From Octopus bimaculoides (Eukaryota), in NCBI RefSeq assembly GCF_001194135.2, contig NC_069005.1:30090090-30124600 (forward strand): 34,511 bases of DNA, in the 5' to 3' direction. A program made the translations under genes and the position numbers. Position 1 is the stretch's first letter. The number at the start of each line of letters is the position of its first letter. Below are positions 23,831 to 34,511 of the stretch, piece after piece. Below the pieces are notes generated by a model, which saw only the letters and a list, made by a program, of their open reading frames with translations, was not told the DNA's origin and searched no databases.

Positions 23831-25094
23831 ACTAATATTTTATTTGACAGAACCAATAGAAAAGCAAGGTAAAATAATATCAGATGATGAATATGATACT
23901 ATTTTAGATCTATAAATCAAACAGATGAAACTTTAAGGTAAAAAATATCAGGTTTTAGTTTTAGGATGAAACATGTCAAACACGTCAGACATCTTGTACA
24001 ACAATCTTTTGGCTCTCTGTTTGATATGACTGTATGTCATATCAGAGATGACTTCAAAGACATTGAGTTTTAAGGTCAAAATAGTCAGAGTTTAGTTTTA
24101 GATCAAACCTTTCAATCATCAATCACATCAGTGTTTCTGTGACTCTGTTTTAATATTGGGTTGGAGCTGAACTTGAAAATGTCAGTCATTTGGTTAAAAT
24201 GATCAAAGTTTAGTCAGATGTTTGTCAAACATTACATCAGACAGTATGTCAGATATATTTCAAGCTACATCTAAAGAAAGAAGATTAATTATGAATGAAG
24301 TCGTTAATTTGGTCAAAGATTCAGTTAGATTTTCAAGGAGTCATTACATTAAAAAAATAGGTCAATATTAAAATATCTTGGTAAAAACATGGAAGATGAT
24401 TAAAATGTAAACTTCTGGCAGAATTGAGTGATCATAATAGAAAAGTATGAAGAATATAGCATAAAAGTTTCAAAAGAGCATAGTCGCTATAATTTGAAAT
24501 ATTAATAGAAAATTCATAAGTAAGTTATTGTTGTTAGGAACAGGGTCTTGGAAGGGTTATAAGTGAGGTCTTAAATCTTATGTCACAACTAAGGGCAACC
24601 ATGGAATGGCTCCGAAGTCAGAACTTTTAAATACAGAAAAATGGAAGAATGTAAGCATAAAATTTATGGAAGACCATAATGACAATTTGAGAAATTTGAA
24701 ATATATGAGAAGGATTGTGGATAGATGTAAAATGTAGGAAAAGACAAAAGTGGTAATAATTGAAAAAGAAGAATAAAACAAAATATATAGAAAACCGAAC
24801 TGAAACTAAAACAAATGTAAAATATATAGATATTTAGTAACAAGAATATTCAAAAACACCCATTTATTATTTATCACTGAGTGAATAGTTATATATATGT
24901 GTGTGTTTTGGTTGAATCAGTCTCTCACTATTCTGAGCTTCATCTGTGAGTGCACAGGGTTTTTCAGGCAAGTTTTGACTCTGAAGAACCTCAACACCTA
25001 CAGGTAAAACTCAAGGAGACACTGATTTAGCCAAAATAAAATAGTAATCTCTACCATGGTATTGAGTATACTTTTTTCTGACAGTCAACACTAA

Positions 25095-25167
<73 letters not shown>

Positions 25168-26666
25168 GATAACTATAAAAATTGTTGAGAATTCCCAATA
25201 CATTTGAAAATGTTAGACAAAAAGCTTTACTTGACGAGCAATTAGCATAAAGGCGGACATGCATGGGTGCAAGTGAGAAAGAAGGTGCTTTCTGGGGTAA
25301 GTCTATGAAATGTGGTTCAAAGTTTTGTTAAATATTACTGCACGTGAGCAACAAGGCTAGTTGGATATTAGCAAAAGATTTAGTGTACCTGAAAAAAAGA
25401 AGCTAAATGTCTAGCAAGGCAACTGTATGTGGTTTTTTATCTGCTTTTCATTGCTTCATCTTTTTTAGCTGCCAATTATGAACATTATCTTTTGGTTGGA
25501 ATATTGGAATGATATTTTGTACACTTTGATGGTGTCATGCACTACATATCTTGACCCAATAACAACAAAATAAATAATATATAAAAAGAAAGAAAGAAAA
25601 CTGATTCCATCAATGATGGTCTGGGGGAAAGATGAACGAAAAATGTAGCTCTGTATGTGTGAGTGTGTATATATATATATATAGGCATGTATGCATATGA
25701 TGGCCAGGATCATCTCTATGGCAGAAATTGACCAAAATGAGTGTGGTGACTCTGGCTTGGCTGAAGCCAGGCTGTTGAGTAAAAGAACCTTGTTACAGTA
25801 TTTCGCAATGTCTATTAGGAAATTTGGACTCAGCAGAACTAGATAAGAAAACACATTTTAGTTAAGGTGTGCTCCCATAACTTGCAGCATTGGAGCATTA
25901 AGAAGCCTCACAATAGGCATTGCATCTACTAGAAGTAATAGCTGCAAAACCTCCTTTAAATCACACTCTACTATCTTGGAAAAGGAAAAGACACACTAAA
26001 TAATATAGTCCTACCTATATATCTCTGAAAAGACATGAAGGTCATGGTTGGAGTTCCTTAAATGAAAGGGTCTGCTCAATCAGGATTAGCCTGCCGCTAT
26101 ACAACAACAACAGAAGCAATCAGCTGTTCCTATCACGTGTATCTATTTAACAGCTTGTTAGACTCTGCCACCTTATAGTAACAGTAGAAGAACAGTGATC
26201 GGTAATTAGGGGAGGCAGAGATGTCCTTTTTCTTTTAATATGTGAAAGAATGTTCAGAAAGTGTGAGAGCCTTGAACAAAGTTAATATTCTACATGTTGG
26301 TCCATCTAACCATCTTGACAGTTTGTTAGATCTATGAAGGGTATCAAACAACCTTGGCAAGATTTTGTCAGATGTCTCTAAAGCTGGAAGATTCCATATG
26401 AAGAAGTAGGTCAAAATGATGGCAACATGAAGTTTGGAAGATTATCTAAAAGTATAGAATAATAATATTCGGAAGACTATAGTGAGAATGATATACAATA
26501 CTGTGTAATATTAAATATTACATAATATTGCCTCATAGTTGGGACTTACTATAAAATATATTGAAGGACATAATAGCAATAGTATATGCTAGGAAAACAT
26601 TTAGTTAAATTTTTGGAAGAATAAAAAAATAAAAGTAATTAATTAAATAAATACAGAATTTAAAAA

Positions 26667-26697
<31 letters not shown>

Positions 26698-26887
26698 CAT
26701 CTATTTAAAAAAATTATACCTGTGTGTGCTGAGGTAGTGTTATTGCCAGCAAAGGATATATATGTCATATATCCTTTGGGTTCATCTAAGAAATACATGG
26801 CACACAATGTCATCCTCTATTAGAATTTGAGCCATAGCTTGATTATGAAACTTAAGTAGCAAATTGTCTGTTAAATATTATATAAAA

Positions 26888-26937
<50 letters not shown>

Positions 26938-27945
26938 ATTAAAATTAAATAAGTAAATATATGTATATATTCATTAGTGGAATTATAAAAATAAGTATAG
27001 ATATAAAGGTTTTAAAATATGCATCTGAAGGTTCAAGTCAGGTATATGTACAGACATATAAAGATGTGTGTGTGTGTGTGAATATATACATAGAAATTAA
27101 GCTATCCAGTATTTGTAGCAATGATAATAATAATAGTAACAACAACAATAATAATAAATATCTAAGGTTTAAATTCTACCAGGAATAAGAACGAACCTGA
27201 GTCAAATCAATAATAATAATAATAATAATAAATTTTCTATTGTCCACAAGTGCCCAGAATGTTGGATGCACTGCATGAATCATATACAATGTGGGGTTTG
27301 CATTGGGGAAAAGAATGAGATTTGCCATAACAATTGAGGATAATAATGAAAACACCAATAGATAATAGAGATGATAATACATAGCTAAGACATAATAATG
27401 GTGGGGTGGGGTGGGGGGTCATCGTAGAAATGTCCATCCCATCCTTTTCGAGGTCATTTGATCTTAGCCAGAAATGGCAAACACAAGGACTAACCAGAGA
27501 TTGAACTCAGGTCACAGAACTTAGTAAGCTTTTTTCCATGATCCACATACAACAGAAGGTTATTGCAGGAGTAAGAATTGTTAGTTCTGATAAAGGCTGG
27601 AATGACTAAAAGATGGTGATGATGATTGCTATCACACAGAATTTTACGAATGATAGTGCTTATGAGGCTATGTCATCCAATATGATTTTGTTAACCATTT
27701 AGCACAGCATATGATATGACTTATGATATTTAAGGATAACACGAACAACTGCTGAGATAATGATGATTGCATATTTATCAGAATTATGATGTTAGTTTAT
27801 GATAATACTAATGATAACAATAATAATAATAATAATATAGACACCAATGTGTACAAGATTTCACTAAAATTTCATAGAATATAATAATAATAATATTAAT
27901 AATAATGATAATAATATTTATTATTAATAATAATAATAATAATAA

Positions 27946-28136
27946 TTCTTTCTACTATAGGCACAAGGTTCAAAAATTTTTCTTGGTGGGGGAAATAGAT
28001 GACATCAACCCTAGTACTGGTACTTGTTTTATTAACCCTGAAAGGATGAAAAGTGAAGTCGACCTCAGTGGAATTTGAACTCAGAGTGTAAAGATGGACA
28101 AAATGGCGTTAAGCAGCTCTACCGACTTGCCGCCTT
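27946..28136 (-). mobile_element. Family-A SINE copy in reverse orientation (internally deleted)
   Basis: Reverse complement of the family motifs (ttctttctactataggcacaagg...ggatgaaaagtgaagtcgacctcagtggaatttgaactcag...cttgccgcctt), flanked by (AAT)n. Confidence 0.85.
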
Positions 28137-29249
28137 AATAATAATAATAATGATAATAATAATAATAATAATAATAATGATGATGATGATGATAATAATA
28201 ATAATGATGTCATCATAGTTAATATCCAGCAAAATGAAACGAACTAGATTTCCAAGAAAAAAAAAAAACATTGCAAATTAAAATGAATTTGTGGGCCATA
28301 AGGAGAGGAGAGTCTCATCCATTTCGGGAGCAAGGCTGCCATTTTTTTTTAAAACAATACTTTGATACAGACTCACAACATACTGAACAATGACACTGGT
28401 TGCAGTTACTGACAGTTCACTTATGACCTAAAAGTCTAGTGCTGTGAAGAAGTGATGACAAGAGGTGTGTAATGGTTGAGTTCTTTATAACAGGGCTAAA
28501 AGTGGTTGTGATTAGTTTCAGTTGAGTTAACATCTTAACGAGGCAGCAACAACAACTAATACCAACATCATTATCATGACAACCAATATCATAACAAGAA
28601 GGTTAGTTGACCAATGACCAAAGATTCACTAACCAACACTTCTTGCGAAATGACTAACATCTCTGGTCATTTAATAACACCTCTAATCACTGACCAACAC
28701 ATCTCACTACTGACCCACAAATCTAGAATTCTCTGCCTGTTCAGGAGTTTTCCTGCAGATATTCCAACATCCAGATGGTCATACTGAACTTCAGCTGTCT
28801 TTGCTGCTGTGACCCTGATCTGATCTGAGAGAAAGGTCAGTAAAGGCCATGAGGGTGGAGGTGGAGTGTATTGTTGTTTATCTTTGGACCAACTTATAGA
28901 AATAAAAGTATCAGAACATACAGCAAGAACACTGCCATCACCGATATGTCCACCACCACTGCAAACATCAGCAACAAAACTATTAATGGAGTAAATAGCA
29001 CGACTTGCTAGAAATAGTAGGCGAATCTCCCTGGAATCATAACATGACATTTTAAAAAGATAACAAGGGATACTGCTAGATCCATAGTACACAGGCAAAA
29101 ATAAGGGATGATAATGGCTGCAATGCCTATGATCACAGGTCTACTTTATCAAGGTTTATGTAGGGCTAAAATTGACAAGAATAACAATGCCACCATTAAC
29201 AACAACAACACTACTAATAACACCATCACTAACACTATTTCCAACATCA

Positions 29250-29660
29250 GCCAGGGAGGTTTTATGTAGTTGCTTGAACTGCTAGAAATAGCAATAAAAT
29301 CTCACTCAAATCACACCATACAGTCATCAGAAAGGGAAGGCTAAAGTAAAAGTGATAATGTAGTCCTAGATTACTTTTGTGATGAGGGGGGATGGTCCTA
29401 GCCGGAACATATTTGACTATTGGCTTGCTTAGTTACGGTTGACCTGGGGTTAAACAACAACATTAACAATGCAAATAGCACATGAAGTGATTAAAGAGGC
29501 ACTATGGTTTCGTATAGCCTGCTAGAAATTGCAGCCAAATCACTTTCACATCACATACTACAGGCTTTAAAACTTGAAAGGACAGGTTGGTCATAGCTGA
29601 GTGCATTTGATCATACGTCTGCTCATCTAGGTGAGACCTGTGGTTAAACAACTACATCAC
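29250..29660 (+). mobile_element. Two tandem copies of an (AAC)n-tailed retroposon fragment; further copies at about 16940-17090 and 25860-26110
   Basis: Shared motifs gctagaaatagc..aaatc.cactcaaatcacac...ggtcatggctg...gtctgctc.atc...gacctgggg.taaacaacaac occur in four places, all on the + strand. Confidence 0.6.
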
Positions 29661-29727
29661 ATCCTCTATATTTCTACTATTATCTCCTTTATCAAACACT
29701 AAATCAGTCCAACTAGTGGCTATGTTC

Positions 29728-30389
29728 ACGGCAGATTGGCAGAATCGCTAGAGCACTGGACAAAATACCCTACTGGGAATTGTTCTGTCTCTTTACATTT
29801 GGAGTTCACATCCTGCTGAAGCCATTTTGGTTATTTTCACACTTCTTCCAGCAGACTGGCAAAATTAAATACTGGGTGAGGGTTATATACTGGATGAAGA
29901 TGCATGGCCTTGTGGTTAAGGGGTTGCACTCATGATTACAAAATTGAAGTTTTGATTCCTGGACTGTGCAGTGCATTTGTGTTCATTTCATGTAGCTCCA
30001 GTCCATTCAGTTGTGAAAGTGAGTATCCCTGCGACAGACTGGTGTTCTGTTCAGGGGGTTTGTTGTTGTCTTGGACACCGTGGAAACCACGAGTCCTACG
30101 AGTCCCAGAACTCGAGACACAGTAATATCCAGGAGTTGATGATGATGATGGTGACATGAATTGGGGATCGATTTAGTTAACTGTTGATCTGTGCCAACAT
30201 GCAATGGACTTGCAGGATACAGGAGAGCTCAAATCTCTGCCCAACCACGCAACCCTGGTGACAAATGAAGTGATATTCCTACTTGGATTACACTGCCATC
30301 ACATCAATATAATCTGCCAATATAAAGCCATATATTACTGCCAACACATCACACATACATCCTATCATTCTCCCTCACTCTGTCACAGG

Positions 30390-30421
<32 letters not shown>

Positions 30422-31155
30422 CTTTTCTGTTCAAAAGCTGATGCATTAAAAGGGATAATGCAAAAGGAAATGATAAATGGTTGCTAAGTTTTCTTACTAT
30501 TAGGATGATTGGTTGCTAGGTAGGGTTGGAATGGCTGGTTGGCTAGTTGGTTGCTAGGTAGGTAGGTTGGTTGGTAGGATTGATACAGCTTTTGTTTGAT
30601 CAGCTGGTCGATTCAGAAAGTGTAGCTGGCTGGTGATGGTTGACAATACAGCTGTATAGTATAGCTGGCTAGTTCGAAAGAATTATAGTTGTTATTATAA
30701 TTATGTAAGGCAGCTAACTGATAGAACCATTAGCATGTTGGGAAAATGCCTTGTGGTATTTATTCAGTCTCTGCTCATTCTAAGCTCAAATCCCACTGAG
30801 GTTAGCATTGTCCTGCATTTTCTAAAGGTTGTTAAAATAAAGTATCAGTTTAGTACTAGGGCTGATGGTACTGACTACTTACCTCACCTTAAAACTACTG
30901 CCTTATACCTAAATTAGGAACCATTACTATTATTAGTATTAATAAGGTAGCCAGCTGGCAGAATCATTAGCACTCTGGACAAAATTCTTAGTGGCATTTC
31001 ATCTGTTTTTATGTTTTGAGTTCAAATTCCACTGAGGTCAACTTTGCCTTTCATCCTTTTGAGGTCAATAAAGTAAGTACCAGTTGAACACTGGGGTTGA
31101 TATAACTGAGCTGCTCCATCCCCCCAAAATTGATGGCTCTGTGCCTTTATTAAGC

Positions 31156-31201
<46 letters not shown>

Positions 31202-31312
31202 CATTCTGCCAGGGTCAACTTTGCTATTCATCCTTTTCGGGGTTGATAAAATAAGTATCAGTTGGACATTAGGGTTGACCCCAAACCTTCTGGCCTTGTG
31301 CCAAAATTTAAA
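29728..31312 (+). mobile_element. Four degenerate family-A SINE copies (about 29728-29880, 30707-30920, 30945-31150, 31205-31312)
   Basis: Family motifs gctggcagaatc, gagttcaaattcc, ctttgcctttcatcc and taagtaccag recur. The span also contains unrelated sequence. Confidence 0.75.
29902..30090 (+). mobile_element. Second copy of the tRNA-headed, V-like SINE
   Basis: gcatggccttgtggttaaggggttgcactcatgattacaaaattgaagttttgattcctgg...ccctgcgacagactggtgttctgttcagggg is similar to 9122-9300. Confidence 0.5.
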
Positions 31313-32104
31313 ACCATTATTATTATTATTATTATTATTTTATGGCATAATCAAAGGAAGAGTGAACAACACCCATGACTTCTGCTAGAGTTCTGAGATT
31401 GGCGGCGGTGGGGTGGAACCCTCAGAAGAAACCACAACAAATGGTTTGATGTTTTTAAACCTACCACTGCTCTGATCTCTGTATGTAGTCCTTGAGTGCA
31501 GGACCTTAATGGGCTTCTCCGAAATCCTGCAACTGCTGAGAGCCATGAATCATAAACTGGGGAATGAAGAGGACATGAGGTTTAAGTGACGGCAAATAGG
31601 GCAGCCTCCTGAGGCAATAATCTTGGGGGCCAGACCCCTCACATAGTTGTATGTTATGTATGGGGTTTGCATGGTGTGTGTGGTTGAACAGCAAAGTTGG
31701 GTGGTATGAATCTAGCTTGGTTTTTGCAATGGTTGGTTGATTAAGAAGGTATGACTCACCAGTTTATGACAATAATTTCAGGGTGTGGCTATTTAGGCAA
31801 GCACTACCTGCAACAGAAGACGTTAAACTTGCAGTGAAGTGAAATCTAGGTCTTGGGTTCGATTTCTGATGGAGGTGTTATTCTTTTTTTCCATTGTTGG
31901 TCAAAAATACTGTTTCTAGAAATGCATGAATACCATAGAATCTCATTTACCAAAAGTTTTGTGCTTGCGTATATAAGAAATCATTTTGTTTATTGTAATT
32001 TTTGTTTCCAGAAAATTTTGATGTTTATTTTTGTTTTATTTTATTTGTTATTTTCCATTCTCCCTTTCATTTACAATTTTACTTTTTTCCATTGCTTTTT
32101 ACAC

Positions 32105-32147
<43 letters not shown>

Positions 32148-32378
32148 TGGGCACTGAATTGGCAGAATCATTTGAATGTCTGACAAAATACTGTTTAAGT
32201 ATTTCTTTTGGCACTTCATATTCCAGGTTCAATCCAGCTTGGTTCAACTTTGTCTTTCATCCCACCAAGGTTGACATATTAAAGAAACAGTCAAGTACTA
32301 TAGTTAGTGATACTAACTGACTCTTTCTGTTTCAAATTGCTGGTCTTGAGTCAAAATTTTCAACCTTTATTATTATTA

Positions 32379-32415
<37 letters not shown>

Positions 32416-32860
32416 GGCAGTAAGCTGGCAGAGTCATTAGTATGCCAGACAAAATGCTTCAAGGAATTTCTTCTGGACTTAGGTTTTGAGTTCAAATTCT
32501 GCTGACATTGACTTTGTCTTTCATCCCTTCTGGGGTTGATAAAATAAGTACTAGTTGAGCTCTGCAGGTTGATGTAATTGACTAGACCTCTCCCCATGAA
32601 AGTTCAGGCCTTGTGCCTGTAGTAGATAGGATTATTATTATTATCATCATTATTATTATTATCAATGCAGTCATTTGGTAGAATTAGTTTAGTATGGGAC
32701 AAAACATCTTGCAGTATTTAATTACGGGCCCTTAATGTTCAGAGTTCAAATTCCATCTAGGTCAACGTTTATTATGTTTCATCCTTCTGAGAGTTGATAA
32801 CAATAAAGCCCCACCAAGTACTGGGGTCAAGGTAATTGACAAACCCCTTCCCCTGAATTT
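32148..32860 (+). mobile_element. Array of 3 family-A SINE copies
   Basis: Units at about 32148-32360, 32414-32630 and 32665-32860, separated by (ATT)n. Confidence 0.8.
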
Positions 32861-33399
32861 GTGTAAACAATTATCATTATTATTTGTTTGTGTATGTGTA
32901 TGACAAACATATATATGTGAAACTTCAATTTTGTTTGTTTGTATGTTTGTCTGTCCGTCAGCTATTGCTGTGTCTCCATAAAAGCATTGGTTACAGGTTC
33001 AATTCTTACATCAGCTGCTGTACCATCAAACACCATAAATGTCTTACAATTCCATTGTTTAAACATTTTTCTCAATACGTATGTGCATTTGTATTTCTAT
33101 ATGTGTATGTGAGAAGGTGAATGTGTTCACGTATGCATATCTCTGGGTATGTAAGGCTGTATATGTCAATGTATTCGTGCATGCTTGTGTGGTTGTGTGT
33201 ATGAATGTGTGCATGTCTATGTATGTGTGTGTGTGAAACAAGGGCAAGGCAGTAAAAAAAAAAAAAAAGGTGAAAAGGACGAAGAGCAATAGTTCTTCAT
33301 GCAGTCTCCTGCCAATACCACCACAGCTACTCTCAAAACCTCCACAACACATCACACCCACTCTTTTTGAATTTGGAAGTTTACACACACATATACATG

Positions 33400-33930
33400 T
33401 ATATAAGTACTGCTGTGATAATAACAACTCCAACAACAGCAGCAATGGGACATTAGAGCGAACATGAAGACTAGCAGTGTTATAATACCAACAGTAACAG
33501 CCGAGTAATAGTAGCATCGAACAACAGCAACAATAATGACAACAGCAGCAGTGGCAGCAGTAATGATAACAACAACAACAGAAGCAGCAGCAACAGCAGC
33601 AGCAGCAACAATAGCAGTACAACAGCAGTAGGAGCAGCCGTGACAAAAAAAAGGTCAACAGGAATAGCAAAAAAACCCAGCAAAAGTGACAATAAGAACA
33701 AGTAAAAAAAAAAAATCTGGAGTAACAACAACAACAAGAGCAATCTCTACAACATGGCAAACAGCAACAACAATAACAACAACTGCAACTACTACTACTA
33801 CCACTACAAGAACAACAATGACAGCAGTAGCAATGGGAACGGTGGAAACTGCTGCGACAAAAGCAACAGCATAAACACCAACAACCACAATAAAAATAAC
33901 AACAACAATAACCAAGTACAACAACAATGA
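33400..33930. repeat. Cryptic AAC/AGC/AAT trinucleotide low-complexity tract
   Basis: Runs of aacaac, agcagc and actact produce the spurious Cys/Leu/Val/Thr-rich ORFs. Confidence 0.9.
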
Positions 33931-34089
33931 CAGGAATAAAGAGAAAAAGAAAAAGAAAAGCAAGCAAATGATTAATGCTACAATGCAGATCTTTTTCCTT
34001 GTGCTGTTATGTTTTGGGGGCTAGCGTTTGATTTTAATAGGGTTTTATTTATTGTAATCATATACATGAATGAAATTATTACTACAATT

Positions 34090-34511
34090 AAGGTGGTGAG
34101 CTGGCAGAATGGTTAGTACACTGGGCGAAATGCTTAGTGGTATTTTGTCCATCCTGATGTTCTGAGTTCAATTTCCATTGAGGTCAACTTTGCCTCTCAT
34201 CCTTTCAGGGTCATTAAAAAAAAAAGTACCTGTTGAGTACTAGCATCAAAGTAATCGACTATCCCCATCCCCTAAAAATTTCAGGCCTTCTACCTATAAC
34301 AGAAAGGAATACTACTACTAATAATTATTATTATTATTATGATTACTATTATGAAGGCTGTGAATTGGCAGAACTGTTAGCATGCTGGGCAAAATGATGC
34401 TAATCATTTTGTTCATCTGTATGTTCTGAGTTCAAATTCCGAGGTTGACCTTGCTTTTCTTCCTTTCAGAGTCAAAGAAATAAATACCAGTTGAGCACTA
34501 GGATTGATGAA
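34090..34511 (+). mobile_element. Two family-A SINE copies (second truncated by the window end)
   Basis: ggtggtgagctggcagaatggttag... at about 34090-34308 and ggctgtgaattggcagaactgttag... from about 34354. Confidence 0.85.

Noticed and set aside
23950-24780. Purine-rich stretch with short protein-like frames
   Set aside because: Frequent stops and no recognisable motif; possibly a very old transposon but not identifiable.
24963-25003. 36-nt + strand micro-exon candidate (ASFDSEEPQHLQ) between ttttcag and gtaaaa
   Set aside because: Short pyrimidine tract and weak donor; such matches are expected by chance in 34 kb.
32012-32110. Strong acceptor (tttttgtttccag) followed by hydrophobic KILMFIFVLFYLLFSILPF..., a possible third TM exon
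   Set aside because: Hydrophobicity follows from T-rich low complexity, there is only one Lys, and the frame runs into (TAT)n without a prompt stop. Worth a junction check only.
33059-33967. 302-aa Cys-rich ORF and overlapping ORFs
   Set aside because: Product of the trinucleotide low-complexity tract.
33935-34024. Basic stretch plus MQIFFLVLLCFGG*, ending like exon B
   Set aside because: No phase-0 acceptor with a pyrimidine tract, and the hydrophobic part is too short.

Overview
AT-rich, microsatellite- and SINE-dense metazoan genomic DNA with several N gaps, most likely from an octopus (inferred from the repeat families and a cephalopod-type syntaxin C-terminus). Nearly all ORFs in the supplied track are artefacts of microsatellites or N runs. 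The real coding signal lies in short exons the track misses. Two phase-0, + strand terminal exons each start with Lys-Lys after a strong splice acceptor and encode a transmembrane tail anchor: 756-830 KKIIIIVVVILLLGLLIGLAFGLS* and 13725-13805 KKIAILVCLIILVLVIISTVGGVFGG*. The second is a syntaxin-1 C-terminal exon, so the window appears to be the 3' end of a syntaxin-1 gene with alternative last exons, one with and one without the conserved TM cysteine. Between them are a phase-compatible chain of candidate antisense exons (6335-6273, 4675-4611, 4249-4211), a possible third, non-TM terminal exon, several long inverted repeats, MITEs and a Penelope-like RT fragment. About 20 copies of one tRNA-derived SINE occur, mostly as head-to-tail arrays joined by (ATT)n and almost all on the + strand.
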